A stretch of 64,000 bases of DNA from Eledone cirrhosa (Eukaryota), in the NCBI GenBank assembly GCA_964016885.1, contig OZ024741.1, positions 122,698,001 to 122,762,000 of the forward strand, written 5' to 3'. Made by a program: the position numbers and the translations under genes. The notes beneath the pieces were generated by a model. The model was not told where the DNA came from. It saw only the letters and a program-made list of their open reading frames with translations, and searched no databases. Of this stretch, positions 42,201 to 54,548 are shown piece by piece; position 1 is the first letter of the stretch; every line of letters begins with the position of its first letter.

Positions 42201-42686
42201 GCCAGTTGTGCTTTAAGGCCAGTTCTGCTTTACTTTGCTGACGGCTTTTATTTTTAGGTTGTTGAGGAGGGTGATTTTGGACTCTCTGTGGAGACAAAAA
42301 CCCGTGGAGACAAAAGCCCGTCAAAGGGCCGAGGAACTCAGAAGATTCAACGGCCTTCCATAACATATTTCTTTTGTGAAGCGAGAGACTCTTTATCTTC
42401 ATTAAGATATCTCTCTACGAGAAGGTCACTCTGATATACAACCTGCGACAACGTTTGCATCCAATGATGTACACCTGCTCTACATTCGATGTTCATGGAG
42501 TGGGATTGGCTCCTTGCAAAGCCTTTCCTCACTTAAAAAAAGTTTCAATCACAGATATCGCTTGGTATGTGATATTCGTTGCGACGCATAGCATTGCTGG
42601 CCATAGCAGGAATAAAAAGTCACGTCCGGGATGCTGAAGCTTTAGTATCGAGCGTGGTATTACTAGAAATCGAGTTGCAGCCATCA
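42200..42686 (+). mobile_element. Diverged copy of the RTE-derived element, ending on (TATG)n
   Basis: gaggagggtga.tttggac..gtcaaagggc..actctgatata..gagttgcagccatcatgtatg. Confidence 0.65.
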
Positions 42687-42748
42687 TGTATGTATGTATG
42701 TATGTATGTATGTATGTATGTATGTATGTATGTATGTATGTATGTATG

Positions 42749-42966
42749 TTTTCTCTTTCTCTTAATTTCGAGTATTTTTTTTGACCGGCCACCTTCCTGG
42801 TGGCAAGGTTGTAAAAGAAAAGAAATTGTCATCCCTTGAATCGCAAGAATGTTTTGCAAATTTTGAAGGTGCCAGCTATCGCAGCCATTTGCAGACTATG
42901 AATTAGGGAGCTGCGCTTTTTGTCCGCAAATCCAAGTTCAGTCATACTTTGGTCCAAGCGGGTTGG
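42749..42966 (-). mobile_element. 3' end of the second RLE family inserted in (CATA)n
   Basis: PTRLDQSMTELGFADKKRSSLIHSLQMAAIAGTFKICKTFLRFKG* plus short UTR; TATG tracts on both sides. Confidence 0.7.
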
Positions 42967-42998
<32 letters not shown>

Positions 42999-43032
42999 TG
43001 TATGTATGTATGTATGTATGTATGTATGTATG

Positions 43033-43630
43033 TTGGTGCTACTGGTAACATGTATCCCAGTACAACCTGTCTCATGGTCGGGACGTTGGCGACTAAACTG
43101 GCAACCCCACCAAGGTTTCTTGGTGAGGAGGGTGACTTTGGACATCCTGCAGGACTAAAAACAAAACCTCTCAAAGGGCAAAGGAGCTCTTAAGAGTCGA
43201 TGGCCATCCAAAATCACCGGGAGAGATGGCCCCTTAGCCTTTGTCAAGGCAGAATTCTAGGAGAAGGAAAACTCTGATATAACACCTGCAACCCTGATGG
43301 TATCCAATGATGTTGACTTGTTCTTCTTTTTGGTAAATATCATCTTGGTTAAGAGAGTGGGACTGGCTTTGTGCAGTGCCTTTGCTCACTATAAAAGCTT
43401 CACGGCACAGGCATTGCTTTATATCTGGAGATCTTTCTGCACTTGTCGTCACACGGTACCATAGGCCCAGCACTATGTGTCAATAATTGTCACAAGTGTA
43501 GTGTTTGTACCAGAGTTTTCAATACGCTGGCTGGACTAAAAAGTCACACTCGTTCAGCGCATCGGTAGGGGTTCTCCTACATGGATATAAAGTAGTGGCC
43601 GTACTCGAAAACGAGTTGGCAGCCACCATG
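43033..43630 (+). mobile_element. Non-autonomous RTE-derived element (close to 22203-22770); partial relative at about 43650-43900
   Basis: Direct sequence similarity; (TATG)n flanks. Confidence 0.8.
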
Positions 43631-43908
43631 TATGTATGTATGCACGGGCACATGGAAATCCTCTGTTTGGAGCGCAAGTGTGGTTAGTCCACCAGGAATA
43701 AGAGACCTTTAGTTTTTGTTAGGACATCATTCTAGGAAAAGAAAAACTCTGATGTAAAACCTGCGACTCGATGGCAGCCAATGATGACTTGGTTCTTCTT
43801 TTTGGATACCTGTCACCGTTGTTCAGAGTGTGGGATTTGTCCAGTGCCAGGACTTTCTTAAAGCAGTTTCAAGCACAGGAATCATTTGATCTAAACGACT
43901 TTCACGTG

Positions 43909-44264
43909 TTTTGTGTGAACATGGCCTTTTCAGCTTTTTTTTTCGCTGTAGCATATGCAGAAAGGAATCTAAGTCATAGAGGAATATATAGTCATATTCA
44001 TGGAAGGATATATACTTTTCATTGGGAAGGATATATAGTCATATGCATGCTATCCATGAATATGACTATATATACTTCCCAATGACTTAGATACTTTTTG
44101 CATATGCTACAGCGAAAGAAAAAGCTGAAAAGGCCATGTTCACACAAAATGTCATCCTTTGGCCTTACTTTTCATTCGTGGAAGGATATATATACTTTTC
44201 ATTGGGAAGGATATATAATCATATTCATGGATAGCATGAAAGTAAGGCAAAGGGATGACATTTT
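43909..44264. repeat. Complex double inverted repeat
   Basis: 43909-43977 pairs with 44082-44149; 44146-44175 pairs with 44236-44264; loop segments are shared in both orientations. Confidence 0.85.
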
Positions 44265-46114
44265 TCGAAACCGAGGTGTTGCCACTGTATGCATGTATTT
44301 TTACATAAATGCTTCAAATGTCTTCAAGAAACATTTATCAGATCGCATTTGCCGTCATCAACAGTTGCAATTGTTGCGACCTTGACTATCTGCACTTTCA
44401 TCTCCCGAAACTTCATACCAGAGTTCTTTCATCGAGGAACTAACTTTACATGAAACCCAAGGCAAGTTTATATGTATGCTTCATATATGTTATACGTTGC
44501 ATTATAGTAGGGACGTAACAGACATAATCAAGTCCTCAAATGTATGCTTGTGACAAGAGGTATTTGTGGGTACTTGTATGTTAGCTATCGTGTGAACGTT
44601 CCTGGAATGTTGATATTTCAACTTCCCAATTTTCTCCAAAAATTTAGAATGTCAACAAAGCAAAACATAAGATCTATGAGATATGTCTAATCAAGATGAC
44701 GTTCAGTCATTTACTTATCACTATTTCAACCTAGTATCTGAAACCACCAAGAGAATAAGAGAATATACCAGACAGAGTTTGTTAAGACCATTATTAGCAC
44801 AACTTCAACATAATCAAAATAATTATAATTCCATAAATAACTTCTTTGATGGGCGATTTCCTAACAATTTGCGTTTACACAATTTTATTCACAAGACGTG
44901 GTTTGGCACTTGCTCAAGTTGCCACGAAGTGGAATTGAACCTGGAAGTTAATAATTGTGAAGCAAACTAGGTCAACATTCAGCTATGCTGTGTCCTCATA
45001 CCTACATACACATTCACAGACTCAAACACACACACAAAAGCTCTCATCCACACCTTTAACACACTCACTTATAGATATACCAACAAAAACAGAAGAATGA
45101 TCACATATGACCTCCTCGAAAACAGGAATATAATCCGCTCTACAACATTCTCCAAATAATTGCTCACACATGAATTTAATGCAACAACTTACTGACATCA
45201 AGTCACACAAGTTAGCACGCTTACTACCTCTAATATTTCCGCTTCGTGTCCACTGAACATGGTAAATATCCGTCATGATATCAGCGTGAAGGCATGCTAA
45301 GTAACACACACACATAAAAGAGAGAGAGAGAGAGAGAGAGACACACACACAATAACACACAGTCACATACACACCCATAGAGACACACAGGCATATACAC
45401 ATACTATATGTGTCTATCTTGTGTCAAAACCACAATTTTCCAAGAATATTCATATATTGTCATCAAATATAACACTGAGGTGAAGGAGGAATGAGATAAT
45501 ACTTACCTAAACATGTTATTAAACTGTTCTGATAAAATGATGTATGCCCGGAATTTTATTGATGGTATATATATATATATACAATAGAAAAAACGAAACT
45601 TCTTCGTTTTTTCTATTATATACACTCCACCTGTGCATAGAGTGCTTTATTTGGTATCAACACCAGTAATTCACTTAACCACCTACACTATAACAAAATA
45701 TGCACACACACCTCTACTTTTCTTTTCATAGCTCTGTACACACACACACATACTTCCTTATATTAACATATGTTTGCTCACAGCTTCGTACTTACAAGCG
45801 CACACACACCCTTTTACTTACATATACACAAACATATCCTCTTAGCTTTGTACGGACTTATAATAACGTACACACACAGACACACGTATACGCACACACG
45901 GATATAGCTCTATATACAAAACGTTTATTTTTTTCCATTCCAGGTAGACGCGCTCCATCAACCACTTTCCTACAAAAGTATATCATACACAAAACGCCAG
46001 CATCAACAGTTTTCCAAGAGATGGCAACATGAATGGACCTATTATTTTTCTCTAAAATCATTTTTACCGATTCCGCTCTGCCCGTCCCTTCAATGTTTCT
46101 AATTTCTCATTCTT

Positions 46115-46150
46115 TCTTCTGATGAAAGACTAGCATCAGAAACATTAAGA
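46115..46150 (+). ncRNA. Degenerate minimal hammerhead motif (PLE pLTR remnant)
   Basis: tctt-CTGATGA-aagactagcatca-GAAAc-aTT-aaga. Confidence 0.45.
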
Positions 46151-46260
46151 CCCTCTTCCTGTTATTTCAAGCGTTAAACTAATATATTCCTTCAATATAC
46201 TGTATGATTGTGTTGATATTTCTGTTTGCCTTTTACCCCCCCCCCCCCCACGCACACACG

Positions 46261-46329
<69 letters not shown>

Positions 46330-46405
46330 GTATATATATATATATATATTATATATATATATATATATTTAATATACACATATGCAGGAATATATGTTTG
46401 CACCC

Positions 46406-46492
<87 letters not shown>

Positions 46493-46878
46493 CAGACACA
46501 CACACACAGACACACACACATATATATTGATATATGGTAATTTATTCAAATGTATTCAAATTACTGTACGTAACTCTGTGGCCTGTCATATCGTCAAAAT
46601 ATATTTCTGTACAATTACAGATATGAACATCACAAAATTAAAGAAAGCAGGTTTCCTTTTGTTTACTAAAAGAATTAATGTAAAGGATTACCGCATACGA
46701 CTATCATGAATGCGGTCAGATTTGCTCGTCCTAAGTTGTGAGTTCAAATACACCCCATGTTGAGTCTTGATATTTCATTCACCATGATTTTACCAAATTC
46801 TACTTAAATGATTATTGGTCAACACGAGGTGTTGTTATGGACTGATGTTATTTTGTGAACGAACTGATCTCGAATAAT

Positions 46879-47310
46879 GGTTTTTGGTTTAGACACAAGG
46901 CCAGCAATTTTGAGATAGAATTAAATCGACCTCTGTGCTTTACTGGTACTTTATTGTCTCGACTCCGTAAAGATGAAAGGCAAATCTAACCTCGACGGGA
47001 TTCGAAAGTAAAGGTACTTAACTCTATGCCACAAAGCATGTTGTCGGACGTTGAATCGATACCGCCCACTCACCGCCGTACTGGTCTCAAATAATTGTTT
47101 CTACTATAGGCACAAGACCAGGAATTTTGGGGGAGGGGAAAGTCGATTAAATCGACCCCAGTGCGTTACTGGTACCTTACTTTATCGACCCCGCAAGGAT
47201 GAAAGGCAAAGCTAACCTTGGCTGGATTTGGACTCAGAACAGAAAGGGCCGTAACTATATGCTGAAGAGCATGTTGTCCGGCGCTCTATCGATACTGCCA
47301 ATCTACCGCC
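46879..47310 (-). mobile_element. Two tandem full-length SINEs (46879-47077, 47096-47310)
   Basis: Reverse complement of the SINE head, core and tail; a 15-mer target occurs three times. Confidence 0.88.
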
Positions 47311-48019
47311 CTGATTTCAAATAATAAAGAGAGTTTCAAGATAAACAATTCAATGTTCATAGCTGGCAGCCTACTTAGTGGTTTCTATTAATGGATAAGT
47401 ACAGGTCAAGGGCATAAGGATTTGTTCTTTATGTTGTTTTTCTTTAGTCCATAGTCATCCATGGTGGAACCCAACAACGTTTAAAGGTATTCATCTCTTT
47501 GTGTTTTAATGTCTTTCTCTTGTTAAGACGGTTGTATATAATCTTAGGTCATTTACTTCTTATTTATTGAAGGTCGAGCAACAAACTAGAGTCTATCCCG
47601 TTAACTCCTAAGTATTACTATGTTTATGTTGGGGAACACAATTGAACTTTTGTCGAAAGTGTGATGGTAGAAAGAGACATTTGGTAACGATGCGCAAAGA
47701 CGTTTCAATAGAAAATCGATAGCCAATTATTTGGTCTGCCATCCTTGCCACAACGCATCAAATATTATTGATATTCTTAGTATTCTTTTCAATATTCTAT
47801 TCTTAAATGAATTATAGGTCATATTGATCAGGAGTCAGATAACAAAAGAAAAGAACAATTGTTTCTCTCCAATAGCAGGAATATCGATCTATCAATGAAT
47901 ACAGCACGTAACACTGGCCTCAATGTAATTGACCACACTTAGGTTTCAGCTGACTGTGCCAGGATCACTACAACATTATCAATGTTAACATAGCATACAG
48001 AACTGAATTGGCGCTGAAT

Positions 48020-48350
48020 TGCAAGAAAAAGAAGGAGAAAATTAACCGATACAAGGATTTAGAGTGGGAATTAAAAAGGATTTGGGACTCCTGCGTCCCG
48101 ATTGTCATAGGAGCACTAGGTACTATCTCAAAGAGTTTTCAATAATGATTAAAGAACATTAGTTCAGCCCCCTTTTTTTTTCACACTTCAAAACAATGCT
48201 TGGTGGGAACAGCACGAACCCTCCGATACGCCCTGAATATCTAAGGCTGCAGGTAGCGGCTTGATGTTAATTTGAACAACTTTCCAGTTAAATAACATCA
48301 ATGAATGAGACGCCAAGAAAATAATAATAACAATTATAATAATAATAAAA
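48020..48350 (+). mobile_element. R4/Dong-like 3' fragment ending on (TAA)n
   Basis: Homologous to 12217-12530 (KINRYKDLEWELKRIW..PIVIGALGTISKSF..GTARTLRYALNI*). Confidence 0.8.
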
Positions 48351-49279
48351 CGGTGACATGTTACACACACTGCCTGATTCGGGGTGAGTTTTTGCCTAAT
48401 TTTGCATATTTACGCCGACCGCGATCGGTTCAAAATAATATCATTGGTTTCTAGGTAAGTGAGGAAAAACCACAATAATTTTCGGCACACGACAGGCTCT
48501 TTGGGGCCGTTCCAAAATTCATACTCTCCTAATCCACCAGAAAACATTCAAAATGGTCTTTCTCAAAAATTCTAAATATTTTGACAAGAAAGCGGAAGGA
48601 AGTTAGATGACAACTTGGCTGGTAGCAATAATAGATTTATAGTAGCGATCACGTACTTACACACAAAAACAAACGCAACACCTCACATCAACTCCGTTGA
48701 TGTGGCTACAAAGTTAAACTTAGCCTAAACAAATTACAAAAGCAGCAACAACAACAATACTAACAGACCAAGTGACTTAAAAAAGTAGACATCAAGTTAT
48801 TTATCGACTGATGTTTCTGTCCTTTAAACAAAAAAGGAACGATAAGCAGTAAAAGAAAAACAGCCACGGAAATCAAACAATTACAATGCCCCCCCCCCCC
48901 CCCCCCCATACACACACACACACACCACACACACACCACCACCATCACACCCACCACAACTACCACCACAGAAGCATTTGAAAAAGTAACAATTTAAAAA
49001 AAAGGATAATAATAATTTCATCATTAGACACGCAGGGCTCACATTAAGAAAACATTAAAGGCACAAAGATGTTCAATGGTAATCATGACAATACACTTCA
49101 TATAAATTGTTCCAAATCCAGTGTAGGTGTTGCATTAAAAATACTGGTGTTAGTGCTACCTTAAATTCACTATTGCTGTTTATGACTGTTTAAATGTGAA
49201 ACAAATAGTTCAAACAACGGTGAAAAGGAGGCTGGAACATCATGAGTTGAACTTTCACCCAGCAGCAGGGATCTGGCTG

Positions 49280-51553
49280 TCATCCAAACACTGCCTGTGT
49301 TGGAGGAAAAAAAAGGAATAAAGCAAGAACCAACTAGACGAAGGAACTGAATAAAACTATAATTAAATATTATCTGGAAAGTGATCCCACTTAAAAAGGC
49401 TATAGTAAACGAATGCATAAAATTACAGAACTATATCGGACTATTTAAATTTGGTGAACAAAACTAGCGTGTCAGACTCGTGCAATAAGAACTAATGGAT
49501 GGATGAGCCACTTGGAATTGGAGGAAGTGAGTAAAGAGATTAAGCTGTAAATGGAAAGTGCAGTAGATCAGGCAAATTTTCCTCTAGATAGCGGAGCGAA
49601 CCATGCAAATGAGCTAGTAAAAATGAGGGTGGAATGGTTGTGGGACCTGAGGAAGTAAACGACGAAGACTGATCTAATTGTTGTGATAAATAACATTTGG
49701 AGTAAAGATACACCCATTGAGAAAATGAACACTGACGGGCTAGGGCAATATTTTTTGGAGATATTCTGAATTTAATGGTGGATGAATTGAAAAATGCTAA
49801 TGGAAAACCGATGAATCGAAGATTGTTTAGACAGAAAAATCGTAAAAGAAACGACAGATAAGCTAAACAGGGTCTTCCCATACATTCAACAATGTAACGA
49901 CATTCTCAAAGTAATCACAAATGTGGTGGAAAAAATCGCTGGGTATCAAAACAAAAGAAAACAGACAAGCAAAGGGGAAGGAGCGGTTGAATGGAAAAAC
50001 CAAGGAAATAAGAAGTCACCAGGAAACCTGAATCTTTTTTAAACGAGAATTACAAAGCAAAGATAGAAAGTATAGATTGAGAAGCAAGTATAGCACAAAG
50101 GGAAAAGGCTTAAATGTTATAAGAATTAAAAGATATGAATGCAGAGTTAGCCGGTATAGAAACAATGTTCGACAACAACCAAAAAGATGCTATTTGAATA
50201 ACTTGAAGCGAAAGGAAGAAGCAACGATGTTATTCCTGCCGCTGAACACATTTTGGAGATAGATATGGGATCTGGATGATGAGCATAATAGTCGGGCAGA
50301 GTGGATTGAGACTGCTCAAAAGGTGGTTAAGAAAGAAGCAAATCAACAATCTGATTTGAGTATCCAGGTTGAAACCCTTAAAAAGCAGGCCAATAAATTA
50401 ACCAACTGGAAATCACCAGATCTGGAATAAAAATATAAAGTCTCGCCACCCAATACTGAAGGACATGTTCAATGATTGCTTGGTGTCGGGTGATTCACCG
50501 CAGTGGTTGACAAAATGTACGACAGTTCTAACAGTGAAATACCAATCCAAGTGAAATGAGGTTACCAACTATAGGCCTGTCACATGTCCTTGGTGTGGAA
50601 ATTGCTAATAATAATTGTGTGAGGAAATCTACCACCATTTCGACATAAACAATCTGGTACAAACAACCAGTTACTTATTGACAAGATGATAATAGGAAAC
50701 TACAAGCGGAGACATACTGTTCTTGACATGGGATGGATAGATTACAAGAAGGCATGCGACATGGTTCATCATTCCCGGATACCTAAGTGTCTGGAAATCT
50801 TCAAGGTGGCGGACAACATCAGACTACTATTAAGTAACAGCACAAAGACGTGGCAGACAGAGCTAACATCAGAGGAAGATCCTTGGGAGGAATGAAAATC
50901 AAGAAAGGTGTCTTCCAAGGAGATAGTCTCTCCCCGTTATTGTTCGTCCTTACCTTCATATCCATGTCCATCATATTGCGAAGAGTAAAGGCAGGATACA
51001 AACTGGGCAGAGGAGAGCTTACTACCAACCACTCCCTCTTCATGGACGACTTAAAACTCTTCGAGAAGAGCGGGAAGGAGTTGGATATACCTCCTAACAC
51101 TGTCAGTACGATTATATGTATGGAATTTGGTGTTAATAAGTGTGGGATGCTAGTGATGAGGAGAGACAAATTGAAGAGAAGCAAAATAATCGAGGTACAA
51201 ACAGGTAAGCTGAGAAAGGAGATCGACGCCGACAAGGATATAAGTATTTGGGTGTTCTGGAGGCAGATAACATCAAGGACAATAAAATGAAGATGATAAG
51301 AGGAGTCATGAAACCAGAGGGTGTCAAAGAAAGAAGTACACGAAGAAGAACAACCCGAATTAAAAGGCCCTTCATAGCATCTTTTTGAAGAAAACAGAAT
51401 TCAAAGATCCGCAGACATGGAACTGGTTAAAAAATGGGACGTTAAGAAAGCCACAGAGGGAATGATAATGGCTGCACAGGAGCAACCACTTAAAAAGAAG
51501 TGTGTGAAACACCATACTGACAAGGAGGAGGCTAAACACCTCTGAAGGTTCTG

Positions 51554-51618
<65 letters not shown>

Positions 51619-51935
51619 GGGGAGACCATGGCTCACTTCGTGTCCGAGTGGAAACTCCTAGCCGAGACGCACTATAAAGGGTGGAGGCATTATATCACAA
51701 GAAAATGTGATTCACTGTCATTTATGCAAACTGAACAAATTACCTTATTCTGAGAAATGGTGTGAACATAAGCCAGAATCGGTGATAGAAAACGTTTGGG
51801 TGAAAGTGTTGTGGGATTTTAGGATACGAACGGACAAAGAATCATAACAGAATCGGCATGCCCTCTTGGCTTTTGACAAAGAAAAAAATATCTTGCTAGA
51901 TTATAAATGTAGCTCGCCCTTTGACACAAGTACGT
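49280..51935 (+). mobile_element. Old R4/Dong-like LINE (N-terminus, RT, CCHC, partial RLE), heavily degenerate
   Basis: QTRAIRTNGWMSHLELEE; WKSP; WIDYKKA.DMV.HS; GVFQGDSLSPLLF; LFMDDLKL; IMAAQEQ; LWDFRIRTD; (GA)n at 51556-51612 interrupts the zinc finger. Confidence 0.85.
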
Positions 51936-52568
51936 ACCGTTGATTTAACTGGTGAACAACATAAGCGTTTTCAAGACATTTTCTCGACTAAAGCATATAT
52001 ACTGGGAACCTATAGCAAGCTTCTCTCCTTTGCCCTATCATCTGCATCTGAACTGTCTTTCATTCCCTTCTCTGCCATTGCAAACAATATCTTTCTTGGA
52101 CATCTTCTTCTTCTTCTTCTTCTTCTTTGCTATTGCTGGATTATTATTATTATTATTGAATGCCATGGTTGACGGAGGCTCGGCTCTGTAAGGTATAGTA
52201 ATTTTTAACCGCTATAACAATTGTAAATCGTTTAAAACTTGAACCAAATTGTAGATAAAATCACCCTCCTCCTCGTGAGAGGGGTCATTCTGCCCGTGAT
52301 TTGGCCCTTCGGGTTAAATAACCGCTTATTGGGGTTTTGTGCCCAATATTCATTTTAAACTAAAAATATACATGGCTACAAAAAATAATTTTCACAAATC
52401 ACTCCCACTCATTCCGTCTTCTTCCTCAATCGTCACTACATCAGAGAGGAGATTGTCTCTCTCCCTCCCTTCTCTAAACGTGTCTCCCCCCCCCCCCCTT
52501 ATCTTTCGCTGGCGACGCCATTAAAGAAAAAGGAAAATATAGTTTCTGATAGCTTTCACCAAGAGCAC

Positions 52569-52754
52569 GTGCATAACGTGGAACATTTCTCCACGACGAC
52601 GACAACGACGAAAAATGTGTGCGGTAAACACGGAAAGGCATTTCATTCGTCTGACGTCATGAAGAATAGCAGCAGCAGCCGTAATAACAGCAGCATCAGC
52701 AACAGTGAAAAGGAAAACACTAGTAGCAGCCGCAATAACATCAGCATAAGCATA

Positions 52755-52785
<31 letters not shown>

Positions 52786-54516
52786 ACAGTAGCAGCAGCA
52801 ACAGCAATAACAACCACAGCAACAGCGGCGGAGGCGGTCGTAGTACCAGCAGCAACAACAAAAGTAACAGCAGCTCTGACGACGACAACAACAACAACAA
52901 GAAAGAAAAACCAATCTCGTTTGCAGGTATCGCAAAGAACCTGGAAACCATCCTTATAACAAATGAGGAATTACAGGAAGCAAAGAAGATGGTGACGAAA
53001 ACCGGACACCGAGCAATCTGCAAGGCAGCCGAACATTTTTTCGAAACCCAACAGCACTGTACGGTCACGTACCGCACAGTAAGCACAAAATCCCGTAGGG
53101 TTGAAAGGGCCACAGAGGCTCAAATACAAAAAAGCCTTAGGGCCTGTGTGGCAGCGAAAAACGTATATCACCCAAGGCAAGACATATACCACCGTGGACG
53201 TGCCTTTTGCCACACCCCAGGAGCAAAGGCTCAATCCTTAGTGACCCTAAGGAGCGAAGAAATGGTGTTGGTGCCCTCCTACTGCGGGAAAAAATTGTGA
53301 GGGTCAAACTGACCCCCCCCCCCCCCCCTCCGGGGATTGCCCCTTCTTGGCTCGCCGCGTCTGTCCTCGTCAGAATCGAGGACAAAACAACTGTACTGCA
53401 AGTACAGAAAAAAGTACGAGAAGATTGGGTCGGCACCTCCATTGAGATGTTAATCCAAACCAACCAGGAGTGCATCGAAGCTATCCCGGATATGATTGTC
53501 TTCGATAACGCCACTCAACTTCCCATAAGTGTTGAGGGCAAACGCCCGAAATGCTTTCGCTGTGGGTCGAAGACTCACCTCAGGGCCTTCTGCAATGAGA
53601 AGACCCTGAGAAAGGAGAAAACCCCGCTCCTTCCGAAACCGGCTCCAATGCTACCAGCAACAGGACAGGCGGCAAGGATAGGTCCGTGGCACCCATACCC
53701 ACGCAACGGAAATCAAGAACAGCAACAGCAGTGGATGTATCAACAACAACAACAGCAGCAGCAGTGGAAGTATTAACAACAAGAGTAATACCAACTGCAG
53801 CTGCAACAGAGACTCCACTGCAACCATCACCAACAAAAACAAGTGAAAGAGTGGAGCTGGTACCCCTCCTTGACCACACAGAATCGGACATGGGGTGTGA
53901 GGTGGGAGAGGGATGGCAAAAGGTCGCAAGAAGGCACAAACGCAGAAGCAGCGCATCGTTGCCTTCGAAAAGGGAGGGAAGAAATGAAAAAAGGGTGAAG
54001 GCTACTGCAAAGAGACTTACAGCAACAACACCAACACCATCACAACCCACACTAGCACTACCATCACCACCGGCGGCAACCCCACCGCCAACAACAACAA
54101 CTTCAACACCACCACCACAAGCACCAACATCGCAAACCCAACAACAAAACACACACACCCAGCAACAACGACAAGAAAATAGCAGAACCACACCCCACCC
54201 CCAGAAAAACAAATGCACAGCAATAAATACACACAACAAGAAACTAATGACTTACATAATTGAACACACATACATTTCAAAGCACGACTACATAATACCA
54301 GCACCAATCAAGACACCAACGAACATAAGACTGGTAAGAATATCACAGAAACAATACGCAAACATTAACATGAAATTCCTCAACGCAGTTGGTGATATCA
54401 GAGACCTAGTAGGGACACTCAAACGGAGAGTATACTCGGATATACTCACAGAAGAGCCGACGACCAACCGAAGGGACGATTCAACGGTCCCTTCACCAGA
54501 CGATCAAGGTAAGTGA
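52569..54516 (+). pseudogene. Tx1-like ORF1 (Ser/Asn-rich N-terminus, CCHC zinc knuckle, Thr/Pro-rich C-terminus), frameshifted
   Basis: VEGKRPKCFRCGSKTHLRAFC; lies directly upstream of ORF2. Confidence 0.8.
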
Positions 54517-54548
54517 TCCTTTCTCACTTGCCCCGTTCCTCACCTAAC

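Noticed and set aside
41875-42966. Plus-strand conserved reading (HxLNRKNV.QILKVP) with a shared TGA
   Set aside because: It is the shadow of the minus-strand RLE coding frame.
44683-44970. 95-aa non-repetitive ORF
   Set aside because: No recognisable motif or splice support.
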